The notes beneath the pieces were generated by a model that saw only the letters and a program-made list of their open reading frames with translations, did no database searches and was not told the DNA's origin. From Eledone cirrhosa (taxonomy: Eukaryota), in assembly GCA_964016885.1 (NCBI GenBank), contig OZ024740.1:173724001-173788000 (forward strand): 64,000 nucleotides of DNA, written 5' to 3'. The position numbers and the translations under genes are program-made. This document shows, piece after piece, positions 36,709-50,527 of the stretch; within the stretch, counting starts at the first letter, position 1; each line of letters begins with the position of its first letter.

Positions 36709-37731
36709 ATAAATCATGTCCTTAGAATTATTAGATAAAATATATACCATTTTCTCTCCCAATTAGCATAATTAACCATATAAAAAATCAATTAGACCAA
36801 GCTATAAGAATAAAGGCTCCTATGAAGAAACTTCCGACAAATAACCGAAAGCGGCCTCTTCGCGGTGGCCCCGATAGAGTATTTATCCAACATTTCAACA
36901 GCATGTAGAAACTGATAAATATACCGTCAACCATACCGTCAACACGGAAATGGTATATATTTTATCTAATAATTCTAAGGACATGATTTATGATATATTG
37001 CTCTGATTATTTAATTTATTAATTCTTCATTGAGCCACAACGTGACCGGTTGCCACATATATATCTATGACTTTATGTATATGTAAATCTTTATATTTAA
37101 TAATCTCCCGTTAGCTTGAGATACAATTGGGCGATATTGGGCTGCGCTCTCTAGCAACAAGCCTACCCGCCGTAAGCAACTAATCACATTCTTTCTAACT
37201 TGACCACTGCCACGTCACGATTCTTAGCCATTTTTGAATCTATTTTTGGCGCGATCAGTTTGGAAAATTAAATGTCTAATTTTGAGTTTACTCCTGATGA
37301 GTCCGAGACTCTGGATATTTCCCGTTAATAGGATGTCTAAAAATACGGACGAAACCATGGTAGATATATAATTACGGTATGTATACATTTCTTCTAAGTT
37401 TGAATTTACACCTAATTGTGTATGGTTGACGGTATATTTAGTCAGTTTCTACATGGTGTTGAAATGTTGGATAAATGTTGGAGAGGCCGCTTTCGGTTAT
37501 TTGTCGGACATTTCTTCACAGGAGCCTTTATTCTTATAGCTTGGTCTAATTGATTTTTTATATGGTTAATTATGCTAATTGGGAGAGGAAATGGTATATA
37601 TTTTATCTAATAATTCTAAAGACATGTTTTATGATATATTGCTCTGATTATTTAATTTATTAATTCTTCATTGAGCCACAACGTGACCGATTGCAAAACA
37701 TATATATCTATGACTTTATGTATATGTAAAT

Positions 37732-37735
<4 letters not shown>
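36709..37735. mobile_element. PLE pseudo-LTR-like module (inverted + tandem arms) in (TA)n, with a hammerhead
   Basis: 36709-36940 is inverted relative to 37420-37635; 36946-37095 is directly repeated at 37588-37735. Confidence 0.7.
37291..37365 (+). ncRNA. Minimal hammerhead ribozyme motif (canonical CUGAUGA, long stem II loop)
   Basis: CUC CUGAUGA GUCCG...CGGAC GAA ACCAUGGU A GAU; stem I has one mismatch. Confidence 0.6.
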
Positions 37736-37798
<63 letters not shown>

Positions 37799-37935
37799 GG
37801 TTTGTTGGTTCACCACTGGACAGAATTGCTCATTCCGTATGGTCAATCTCGATGTAATATTATGGAGAATACTCAACGTAATGCAGCTCACCCGTCTTCG
37901 TTTGTGTAGTTGGTGGTGCGAGTACGGAGTTAATT

Positions 37936-38461
<526 letters not shown>

Positions 38462-38674
38462 GAAGAGAGAAGAAACATTTAGATATAATTAGTAATAAAA
38501 TGTATCATACCTAAACTGCTCCTAGATTCCTCGACTGGTTCAGTCTAATTCAACCGGATTGGTCTGTCCCAGTCTTTCATTGAGCAACATCGGTAAGGTT
38601 GGCACCATTAACTCACGGTTGGATGTGGATGCATTCATGTATATGTGTGTGTCCGCATGTATCTGTGTTTCTAA

Positions 38675-38750
<76 letters not shown>

Positions 38751-38753
38751 GTC

Positions 38754-38797
<44 letters not shown>

Positions 38798-38805
38798 CAT
38801 ATATC

Positions 38806-38845
<40 letters not shown>

Positions 38846-39463
38846 TACACATTCGTTTCATTCTGACGTCACCAGCCATGTCTCTCCATGTGTGTTTATT
38901 TTTATAATTCCGCACGAGGTGAACTAGCCTGCTTTTAAATTCCCTTTTTGGCATATTCTGGCAGTGGTTTAGGGTTAACGTGTTTGAGCTCTACTGATGA
39001 ACGGCTCCAGCCGTGACCATCCCCACTGAAAAGTTTCGTGAAATAGTCTTTTTAAGACTATATAGAACATTTGTAGATTTTCAAAATTGAAGGATGAGTA
39101 TTTAAGCTTTATTTGATTCTGAGTTAAGACTCTATTGGTTTTTCCCTGGATTTCACAAAATCTGTGGATAAAATCTCTGTCTTGGTTTTTTAAAAATTGA
39201 GTTTGAATTATTTTCCCATATCTTACGTTAATTATTTTCCATTTTGATGTTATAGTCACTTATATATTATGAAATACTGTTGGCTTCTTGCTCACAATAA
39301 TTTCTATATTTTCATTTATATATATATAGCGTGAACTTAATATAACTGTGTAAAAATTGCCTCCTGTGTTTTGTTTGTTTCATACATATATATATACCAG
39401 TATATATATATATATATATATATGGAGGAGGTTATAGTTCACTTGAAGCATTGTGTAATGAGG

Positions 39464-39819
39464 TATAAACGTTTGTATATGTATAATAAAGCCAAAACAA
39501 TGCAGGTATGGACATAGAATAAAGAATGCAAATGCAAAAGATATTGTTGACAATTAGTCTTTTACCTTAGATTTATTTAAATGTCCTTAATTTTCGAGAT
39601 AATATCTCTTCTTCAGAGGGAAGTAAAGCTGTTAATCCAGTGTTCAACACTGGATTAACAGCTTTACTTCCCTCTGAAGAAGAGATATTATCTCGAAAAT
39701 TAAGGACATTTAAATAAATCTAAGGTAAAAGACTAATTGTCAACAATATCTTTTGCATTTGCATTCTTTATTCTATGTCCATACCTGCATTGTTTTGGCT
39801 TTATTATACATATACAAAC

Positions 39820-39826
<7 letters not shown>
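39464..39826. repeat. Near-perfect palindrome, ~180-bp arms, 1-nt centre at 39645
   Basis: ccagtgtt-c-aacactgg centre; a single-arm relative lies at 45878-46080. Confidence 0.9.
39671..39705 (+). ncRNA. Minimal hammerhead motif (mirror copy at 39585-39619, minus)
   Basis: CCU CUGAAGA A GAGAU auu AUCUC GAA AAUU A AGG. Confidence 0.55.
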
Positions 39827-39918
<92 letters not shown>

Positions 39919-41548
39919 AAAGAATAGAGGTGTAACACACAAGTTATTATATATTGGTAAACGGAATAGAAAATGCTGACAAATTGTTCAGTTGAAAAAT
40001 GGTTTAATTAGGAATAAAAGAGTATTAGTGATTGTATGGGTTAGTATTCAGTTGTGGTTTTAAGTTTTTAAGTTTTTACCGGTTGCGCATTTCTAAATGC
40101 TTTTCAAAAATAATTCTGAGATAGAGTGTCCGTGCTGTTTGCTCTGATCTGATTAGTTTTGGGAATTCTATATGTGGTTTAGGGTTAACGTGTTTGAGCT
40201 CTACTGATGTAACGCATGCGCAAACCAGGCACACAACACATAACACACAAAAACAAGATGGTGTAGGACAGAACAAAGGAGACACAAAATAAAAACCCAG
40301 TCACTGAGGTGGTCACAGAATGTGTGACGAAAGAGGTTTGACAATATATAAGCAATCATCCGGTTATCGAACCAACCAACCGGAAATTTATAATAAATTG
40401 AAGTGAAAACCAACAGGTGCGTGTGTTTTTATTGGCAGCATGACCCTCCCAAATTATAACAATATATATGTTATTTTCTAAATAAGTCATGAATATTGAG
40501 TCTTAATACACACTGTGAGTTTTGTAAAATGAACGAATGTGTTGCTTATATAAAGTATAGATATGTTTAAGTATTTGGGGATGTTTATATGACTAGTAGG
40601 GAACCGTTTGGAAACCGTTAAATGTTAGAATTGTTATTATTCCCACCAATTTCCACATTCTAGGAATATTAGTGTTGGTCCAAACAATTCAAGATGCTAG
40701 TCAATACGTTTTGATCAAGTATGTGGTTGACACGATACCTGAGATTTTCTTTAGGTTTTAGTTTTTATTTTTTTCGTTATTTGTTTAATTTTTTGATGTT
40801 GAATTCGATTTTTGTTGTTTATTTTGTTGGCATGTTTGAGGCTGACTTTAGTTTTCATCAAGTCAGCATTTCAGTTGGGTAGTCAGAGTTCTATTTTTTT
40901 AAATATGGTCTTGTAGGATATTTATTGTACGTGTTTTTTTATGTATATTTAAGTGAGTGTGTGTACTGCAATATATACGCTAATATTATTGAATTTTGTT
41001 AACTGGAATATATTGTTTCTTGATGGAAGGGCTTTTATGAGTTTGTTTTTTGTTCATTGATGTGCGAGTGTGTCGTGACGATAATAGACACGAAGTCGAA
41101 ATAGAGCTGGTTTTTTTTTACATGTGGTCGTACGAAGACGGGAATGATGCCTGGAGACAAATTATCTTAACTAGCTTGGGGAGATATGGGAGTTGTTTAA
41201 GATGTAAAGGGAGTTTAGATGAGAAGATAGTGTTCTCGTATAATCTGTATTGTTTCTGTAATAAGGTGTGGTACGTAATATGATGGTAATGTTAATAAGA
41301 TTGTTGACGTTACTGGTTTTAGTCGTTAGACTGTGGCCATGATCGGACATGAAAGGATACTTTGTTTTCAAATCTGGTACTTATTTTATCGATCCTTTTT
41401 TGTCGAACCGCTAGTTTACGGGGAATAAACAAACAATAAACGCAAATATACAAGCACACACATACTCACAAATATGCATGGAGATACAAACATACCCAAG
41501 CACATACACACACATACATATTTACATATATTATTTAATACATAGTAA

Positions 41549-41725
41549 GGGCGGTGGATTGGCAGTATCGGTAGAGGGTCGGACGCCAAGCTTTCCAGCA
41601 TAGTTACATCCCTTTACGATCTGAGTTCAAATCCCGCCAAGGTTGTCTTTGCCTTACGGGGTCGATAAAATAAAGTACCAGTAATGCACTGGATAATTGC
41701 TGGCCTTGTGCCTAAAGTAGAAACA
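41549..41725 (+). mobile_element. Full-length tRNA-derived SINE with a 19-bp target-site duplication
   Basis: A-box-like TGGCAGTATCGG and B-box-like GTTCAAATCC; TSD attatttaatacatagtaa at 41530-41548 and 41726-41744. Confidence 0.85.
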
Positions 41726-42871
41726 ATTATTTAATACATAGTAATTTTCATGGAATTAAGTTTCATAATGAGTTGGTGAACCCATTGTTAGAGAAGACCC
41801 ACTTGTATATATATTAATTATCAGTCATCGGTTGGGTTGAAAGCATATGCTTGTTTACTCCCAGTGTTTAAACAATTGGAAATCATTTTTGCTGTCTGAT
41901 CTATAGGAGGCTACTGATCGAGGGAAATATTTCTTTTAAAACACAGTTCTATTCTGATAAATCATTTTAGTGTGAATCACAGAAAAAAATAGTTTCCTCG
42001 ATATCCAGTGATTTATCAGTATGTGGGCTGGCTGGTGAGTAGGTGTGTTATTGGTATGTGTGTGTGGTGGGGAAGTTTTTGTAATGTTTATCTGTGCATC
42101 TATGAAACATACACTCATTCACACACACCTACACACACATGCAAAATATTGGCCTTAATTTAAAGTGAATTGTCTGTGCAGTCTGGTTTCTTGTTGGAGT
42201 GTTTAGAAAACTGTATCTAGATACACATGTAGTAAAACCATGCGTACACATATACGCATAAGCATTCGTGCGCATATATCCACTCATATTCACGATAGTT
42301 TGCTTGCTTATGTTTAAATCTAGAATTTGGTGTGCCCGGCCTAACAATTCAGTTGATTTTTCTGGCTGTCTGGCGGGGGATCATTCAGTCATACTGCCAG
42401 TGTTGTAGCAGCTATTAGGTGGATATAGGATCGGGCGCTGCTAGCGTACTGTGAGTCTGTGATCCCCACGCGAACAGTAACGAAGGAAAAACTTTACGCT
42501 GTGAAGGAAGTTTTGTATAGTTCACTTTTAGTATTTAGGCAGGGGTTAGGATCTAATGAATCATTCAAAATTAGCTACGTTTTTGAACTGCAAAGTCCTC
42601 GTTTCCTGGTTCCATTGATATATAGTATCCTGTTGATGTAGTCTACAGAATATTGTTTCACTTTCCAAACGTAAGTGGAGCTTTGTATTTCTTTTCTCTA
42701 GGTTGCGGAACGACGCCGGATAATTATTATAACCTTTTGTAAACTACCGTTTCGTAAGTCAGACATATAGCTTGAGGTTGGTGATGCAGTCAGGGCTTGT
42801 TGATTTGACTGTTGGCTCATAGATTCTGTTTTACATCTAGTCAGGATGTATCCCTTTTCCTATACATGCTC

Positions 42872-42934
<63 letters not shown>

Positions 42935-43324
42935 CAACATGACGTCACTTTCGGCCTATATCTGAAGTCCAAAAGACAACCGTACCCTGTATAGGTAACA
43001 CTGGGAGATCCTAGTTAAAGCTAGATCGTATAATGGAAACAAAAGATCATGTGATCTTTGCGCCGCCGAAGCCCTGGAAATACTCTACGTCAATGATCAA
43101 ATCTTAAACAAAAAGTCTGAGACAATTTCGGCTTGTAAACTTAATTGCATAAAACCTTCCTGTATTACAGCCCTACATTATACCCTAACGGATAGTGTGG
43201 ACAATACGCAGATAATATACGTCATGATGTCGTATCTAAGTATACTTTATATTTATACCATTATATTTTGTATAGGTATGTACACCTTATCTGTGTGTTT
43301 GTGCATGTACGTATATTTAACGTT

Positions 43325-43493
43325 ATGTATATATATGCATGTATGTGTTATAGGTGTGTGTATATATATATATATATATGTGTGTGTATGTATGTGTATG
43401 TATGTATGTATGTATGTATGTATGTATGTATGTATGTATGTATGTATGTATGTATGTATGTATGTGTATACGTATATATATATGTATATGTGA

Positions 43494-43533
<40 letters not shown>

Positions 43534-43637
43534 ATGTGTATATGTATGTATGGTGTGTGTATACGCGTATGTATGTGTATGTGTGTGTATATATGTGTAT
43601 ATGTATGTGCGTGTATGATTATATATATGTGTGTATA

Positions 43638-43682
<45 letters not shown>
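43325..43682. repeat. Compound (TA)/(TG)/(TATG)n microsatellite
   Basis: Direct read; many more (TA)n tracts occur, e.g. 3275-3323, 14286-14447, 38365-38458, 38680-38847. Confidence 0.95.
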
Positions 43683-43685
<3 letters not shown>

Positions 43686-43689
43686 AAAA

Positions 43690-44611
43690 TTTGTCCTTCA
43701 TCAGTGATCTTCCAACCATCATAGGCATTTCATCGCTTTAAAGACCATATACCTCCGGTTGGTGCGAGCAACGGCTAAAAAAAGTCGTTGGGACACGTAA
43801 ATAAAGGGGACGCGAGGGTAAACAAACAAAATGGTGAAGCAACAGAAAGTGAGGAAGAAAGAGACAAGTCCCAGATTTCTGAAAGGGAATAATTAGAAAC
43901 TAATTAGTTTGGAGTGAAATTTTAGTAAGTAAGTTAATTTTTATAATTTTCTTATTTTACGTCTTTCATATTATTGTTCTGCATCCCCATGCATTGAACC
44001 ACAAAGTTACTAAGACAAAACCTATATATTTGCTGGCATAGGTATGCATCTGTATATATATGTTAGTAGATATACTAATTCTTTATAATTATCTCCAAAT
44101 TATTTTGTTGAGCCAAAATTTGCCAAAACTGCTACTATAGTTCATAGTAACGGTTCGGCAGCTGTCTTCTTAACAAACCACTCCTCACTGATTAACCCCG
44201 ATGTCACGTGATTGATTCTTTTGAATTTGCCACCGACCCAGTAGGCAGTGATTTTTTCAATGTCTTGGAACTTAGTCCACGCTTTGCTTTTTTCCATCCA
44301 CTGAATTATTTTTGTATAAGTTCCCTGTGTTCACGCATTGCCTGGAAACTTAGCTGAGAATAGACTTCCCTGATGACGAAAGGACTTCTCCGAGCGTTTC
44401 TTCGGAAACCTTGTTTATTCCCTTTCAGAAACTAATTAGTTGGAGTGAAATTTTAGTAAGTAAGTTAATTTTTATAATTTTCTTATTTTACGTCTTTCAT
44501 ATTATTGTTCTGCATCCCCATGCATTGAACCACAAAGTTACTAAGACAAAACCTATATATTTGCTGGCATAGGTATGCATCTGTATATATATGTTAGTAG
44601 ATATACTAATT

Positions 44612-44620
<9 letters not shown>
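43690..44620. mobile_element. Composite of (TA)n-embedded repeat modules
   Basis: 43694-43880 matches 10792-10985. 43895-44090 is directly repeated at 44428-44620 and related to 14495-14675. Confidence 0.7.
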
Positions 44621-44650
<30 letters not shown>

Positions 44651-44855
44651 TATTAAGGTGCAAATTAATTGCGTCCATAGGTGGTATGCCGAATAAGTAC
44701 TCGATGTTCTTGGGGAGCAGAGTATCAATAATATTAATATATAAGGGAACAAAGAATCAGTGTTGCATCATACACATATTTAATTACATATTACATATGT
44801 AATTAAATATTTTATTATATATTTTTCTAGGGTCGTCTCCTACCAGTATTATATT

Positions 44856-45215
44856 GGCAGTATCGGTAGAGGATCGGGCGCCATGCTTTCCAGCATAGTT
44901 ACGTCCCTTTACGGTCTGAGTTCAAATCCCGTCGAGGTTAACTTTGCCTTTCATCCTTCCGGGGTCGATAAAATAAAGTACCAGTAATGCGCTGAGATAA
45001 TTGCTGGCCTTGTGCCAAAAGTAGAAACAATTATTATATAACGGTAGAGGGTCGGACGTCATGCTTTGCAGCATAGAGTTACGGCCCTTTATGGTCTGAG
45101 TTCAAATTCTGCCGAGGTTAACTTTGCCTTTCATCCTTCCGGGGTCGATAAAATAAAGTACCAGTAATGCGCTGAGATAATTGCTGGCCTTGTGCCAAAA
45201 GTAGAAACAATTGTT
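44856..45215 (+). mobile_element. Two tandem SINE copies
   Basis: Same family as 41549-41725 (GCCTTTCATCCTTCCGGGGTCGATAAAATAAAGTACCAG core). Confidence 0.8.
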
Positions 45216-45729
45216 ATATATCCGTAACATCTTTTTATTTATTTTCTTATCGGCTCTGTATCGTAGTTAGGATAGGTTTTTATTTTGTATCTTTATTCTT
45301 TACCTTTTTATATTTATTTATCGTTATATTCTTGTATTGCCTTATCTCCTTAATGCTTACTTCAAACAATATAACAGTGGACGTCAGGCAGACGGTTCGA
45401 CACGTATGGATACGTACGACAACCTGACCGAGATGGCGATAATAGTCGCTAAATTATAGGAAGCTCCCAATTGTGATCTGACTGAAAACAAACCAACAAG
45501 TGAATACGGTGACACACCCCTATGACAGAGTTTGTGGTAGCATATAAGAAGGAATCGGGATAATATTCAACCACTCAGACGCGAGTCTACATGTTAAAAC
45601 ATATCTGAGGATCTTACGAGGAGTCAGGTTCGATCTTTAATAGATCATTCCTCGAGTTTATCGGCAGTGAAACATATGTAATATTTAATTAAATGTGTAT
45701 ATGATGCAACACTGATTCTTTGTTCCCTT

Positions 45730-45818
45730 AACTTTGTCTTTCATCCTTACGGGGTCGATAAAATAAAGTACCAGTAATTCACTGGGATAATTTCTGGCCT
45801 TGTGCCAAAAGTAGAAAC

Positions 45819-45823
<5 letters not shown>
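45730..45823 (+). mobile_element. SINE 3' half
   Basis: Family core and tail present. Confidence 0.7.
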
Positions 45824-45879
<56 letters not shown>

Positions 45880-46115
45880 AGGAATTTGTAGTTTACTTGA
45901 AGCATTTTGTATGGTACATAAAGTTTAAAGTTTGAAAGCCACGACAATGTGAAATGGACGAATACATAAAGAGTGAATGAAAGTGTTGTGTATTTTACCT
46001 TAATTTATTTATGTCATGCTGTATTTCGAGATTAAAATCTTTTCTTCAGTGGAAAATAAAAGGGACTAACCCAGTGTTTGATGTAGTGTGCTATACCATG
46101 CTGCCGAAAGTGGTT

Positions 46116-46292
46116 TGGCAGTATCGATAGAGGGACGGACATGCTTTCCAGCATAGTTACATCCCTTTACGATCTGAGTTCAAATCCTGCCGAGGTTAAA
46201 TTTTGCCTTTCATCCTTACGGGGTCGATAAAATAAAGTACCAGTAATGTACTGGGTAATCGCTGGCCTTGTGCAAAAAGTAGAAACAATTAT
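46116..46292 (+). mobile_element. SINE copy
   Basis: Family head, core and tail present. Confidence 0.8.
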
Positions 46293-46649
46293 TATTTCTT
46301 TTTAATTTGTTTTAAAAATTAAAGGTCTGGAGAAGGAAAAGGGGGCATAGAGTTATTTCTCTTTAAATCTACATAAACACATATATACTAATACGTCCTG
46401 ACACACACGCACATGCATACATGTGTGTGTCAGGACGTATTAGTATATATGTGTTTATGTAGATTTACACACGCACATGCATACATGTGTGTGTGTGTAA
46501 GCACACAAATACGCATGCATGGATATAATCGTGTAAACACATGAATGCATATATACAATTTCTCACAGATAAATTGCACAGATAAATTGCTCGTATGCGG
46601 GCCCATGTGTACCCCTATGGGTAGAGTCCAGTGGCCTTCTAAGTTATGT

Positions 46650-48400
46650 GTTGTGTGTCTAGTTCTATGTTAGGTATTGTGTGCTTAGTTCTAGTCTATT
46701 ATTGATTTGCGGGTGTGTTCTGGATATGATAAATGCTTCCTTAATTCTGAGATTGTCTAGATTCCTTTCTCTTATTTCAACCTTAACTGTTATTTATTTG
46801 GTAGTGTTTTTGCATTCTCTAAGTTTTTCTTGAATGAGGAAGCGTTAGTGTTAATGTGTTCCTTAATTCTGATGTGTAGGTGTCATGTGTATGTGTAGGT
46901 GTTACCTATATAGAAGTTGTTACTTTTATCTCACTGGACTCTACACGACGTATGCTTGATGGCATATGTCTGTGTTATCGATGGGGTAGCTGGCCAGTGT
47001 TCAGCATCTGTCGTGTTCTCTAGGTCGTCTCCTAGATAGTTGTCTGCGTAGTGAGGGCACCGAGTGAGCTAGTTGTGAGTCTAACCCTTCTCTTCGGATG
47101 GCTCTGTGGATGGCTGTTGTGCCATCACTGAAATGTGGAGTTCGTGCTTCGAATGCGGTGTTTCCTATTTCTAACGCAGTTCACGATGGATGTCGGGTAA
47201 CCGTTTATCTTCAGCACTTCCAAGAAGTGTGTGGTATGCGTATCTCGGTCTCCCGTAGTGCTGCATTTACTCCGGACACATATAAGTTCATTCATCATGT
47301 ATCCGGACTTGGCAGCAAGGGGAGGGCCGATTTATAATGGATGTACAGGTCCCTGCTGGCGGCTTTTCTGTAGAAGCTGGTGTGGATGCAGCTTTCTTCC
47401 GTTACCCTGAGCTGGAAGTCGAGCAGGGAAAGGGATCCAGTGTCATGAGGGTGTTCCATGCTGAACCTTATGTTAACATCCATGCTGGAGAATGTTGTAT
47501 ATTTTTGTCTGCTTCTTCACGGGATGATGTAAGGATGAGTATGTCATCTACATATCGGGTGAAGAAGGCACAGGAGCGGCATGTGTTGGGGGCCCGACGT
47601 TCTGGCGGGTTCATATAAGTGATGGCCAACAGACCCGATAGGCTGGATCCCATAGGTAGTCCTGTTGTTTTTCTGTATGTTTGGTGGTGGAAGGTGAAGT
47701 AGGTATTATCCACCGTGATGGTTAGAAGCTGGTGGGTGGATGTCTGGAGGGTGGAGGTCGTAGCAGTATATGTTCTCAGAGACTATGCAGTCAGTCAATA
47801 TGTTGACAGCTGGGTGATCGGAGACTGTAGTGTAGAGGGAGCAAACGTCGCGGCTAAAGGCGTATTTATTGAGACTAAGTTTTGGCCTGGTCTTTGTACA
47901 ACTTGATCGGAGCTACTGACATGCCCGGGGAAGGTGGAGAGTATAGGCTTAAGGATCTGGGCGAGGAGCCAGGAAATTTTATATACGGGTCCTTCTATGC
48001 AGGAAACAATAGGTTTAATTTGGAGTCTGGTATTATTTTTATGGGTCTTAATGAGGTGGTAGAAAGGGGGCAGTCTACTATTTCTAGTGATATAGTTATT
48101 CCTACGTTTGTTTGGGAGTTGTCTTCTGCAGATTTTAGACCAGATAGTGTTGACTATTTCTTCGATCCGGGCTTTAGTTACGCCTGAAACTTCTGTATAT
48201 AGTCCGTCGTCGCTCAGGTGTTCAAAGGCCAGGTCGTCATAGGTGGCTTGGGAGATGGCACAGAATTCCTTCCCTTTGTCGGAGGGAAGGTAGATGAGCT
48301 CGTCTTCTCACAGGTTTTTCAGGGTGAGTTGATGGGTCCTGGAGACTGCCCACTTTCTACCACCTCATTGTTTGTCTACCACAGTTTCCTGAGAAGGCAT
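46650..48400 (-). mobile_element. Degenerate Penelope-like element of a second family (RT + GIY-YIG)
   Basis: NTYFTF..GLPMGSSLSGLLA..RYVDDILIL and FSMEHP..LSLLDFQL..FYRK; decayed FYIG..HIRIKEH near 46850-46920. Confidence 0.8.
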
Positions 48401-50425
48401 TGATCATCCGAGGCTATAGTAAAATATACTTGATCAAGGTGCTAAGCAGTTGAACTGAATCTGAAACCACGTAGTTGCAAAGAGTATTTAACCACACACC
48501 CATGTCATATTTAGGACATTAATATGTTAGTGTTCCTAGTTTCATTTTGAACGCTTGCATTTCTATTGTGTTGTGACACATTTGTATTCAGCTGTTATTT
48601 GTGGTATCTATGTATAGGATATGTGCTACCCCCACCTCCAGATATCTTTGGGGCAAAGGCGACTACTTGTACATTGGATGCATTGGTTGTTACTGAGGAA
48701 ATATTGGTGAAGGTGTTGATATATGGTGAGCTGCTTGTGTTTATTGCCCTTGTTCTAATTGCTCTAAAATCATTGTTAAAGTTAAGGACTTTTAATTCGA
48801 GTTGGTTTTCGATGAGTATTTGTGTTTTGTGCTACATTTTTATGTGAGTATATTCTGCACTGAAGTGATCCTAAAAAATTCTTATTGTCTATTTGTGCAC
48901 TGTCATTGCCTTTGAATTTCGGTTTTTATGAAGAAGTCACTTCAATTGAACATTTTTTTTCAGTAAAAACTTCCCTTAATGAGTCAGTTGTTATAGTGGT
49001 TGATTTCCAACATAACAGTTTTTTCTAGCTTTGCATGCGTATAGTTTAAGAATTTATGGAGCTTTCTCGGTTGAATAGAGTTAATATAATCAGGAAGTAA
49101 TTTCTAAATATTGTACTTATATCAAAAGGAAAGATATGAATTTCTTGTTTCAATTTTCAAAATCCTAATTATGAAATTAGGCTTACAGATTTATTTATTT
49201 ATTTTATTAGTTTGGTTTGGAAGAAGAGACAAGTTCATGGCTTCTACAGACTTCCCCCCTCGAAGACTAGTGAGATGGACGTAGTTAATATTCCGTTTGA
49301 ATAGCTGCATGTTGATGACTGCAGGAAAAGACAGATGGAGGAGAGGAAATTCCAGAATGCCGCCATTCGGGGAAGAAGGGATTGAATGTAGTGGTTAGTG
49401 CAGAGTCTGGTTTGAGTAGATGAGGCGGCAGACACAGTTCGGTGATGAGATAGAAAGACGTATGAAGAGGGAGCGCCTGGTTAGAGGGGGTACGAGGTTT
49501 ACTAGCTCTGAGAAGAAGCCACTGTTTCAGTGGAAAAGCAGGATAGTCAGGAATGAAAGGTGATATAGTCTGTGTAGGAGTATGTTGTTTTGAGAGCCGA
49601 TGACTTGTGAGGCGTTGGTGCGTAGGAGAAAGTGTGTGGGCAAATAAATCAAACCTTGTGGCACTCACAAGAGTTGATAGAACGGGGGTCAAAGAGAGTT
49701 GCCTCAAAACATGTTGCGATGATAGGAACTGAAAAGGAACCATTGTTCCAATAGATGAGGGACAAATGGAACACTACAGGTAAGCAATTTTATTAGATCA
49801 GCGTGGCCAGCATGATTGGATACTTTACTGATGTCAAGCAAACTGCGTTATGTCCACCAGAGATCACAATTATAATATAACAACCAGCATCCTGATATTT
49901 TTGCTCTTTGATATTAACACTTTCAGATGTTGTGAATTGTTTAGATGCAAATATCATTGTAGACATCACCATCATCTAAGCCATTGATAATATTATAATT
50001 CTGATTAACCAGCAATCTTTTAGTTATCATCAGAGACAAAAGAGAAACGTAGAGTAGAAGTAACATCTTTAAGTACCTGCCATTCATTTTCGCATGCAGA
50101 TGAACTAATGATCATAAACAACCGATACACTCATTGAAATTAAACAGACCATAGGGAACATTGAAATGCAGTATTTAACAGAGAAGGAAACTCATAAATA
50201 TACCAGTATATCTAATTTTCTAATTCAACATCTTTGTTTTCTTAAATGTCAAAAATTGTAATTTATGTTTATCTTACTAAAAACATTGTTACACTATGTT
50301 ATGTTGATATCAATTGAAATATAAAGAGCTGCCAAAGTGAAAGAAATGTTAAAAGAATGGTAAAAGATTAAATACTGAAACAGAGCAGTATATAAAAACA
50401 AAAATATTAAGTGCTTAAGATATCG

Positions 50426-50431
50426 TTTATT
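50426..50431 (-). terminator. Polyadenylation signal AATAAA, copy 2
   Basis: Positional homolog of 21512-21517. Confidence 0.75.
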
Positions 50432-50527
50432 GAATGAAAAAGTACAAAATAACTAAAAACAATTCTTCATTATTAATGAACTAAATTGTGTAGGATTATG
50501 AAATCATATAAATGTTCCGGAAACATG

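Noticed and set aside
38968-38977. TTTAGGGTTA telomere-like motif (also near 40178)
   Set aside because: Only one repeat unit, inside a dispersed repeat.
49244-49780. 152-aa ORF downstream of copy 2
   Set aside because: No recognisable domain or splice context; probably a decayed repeat.
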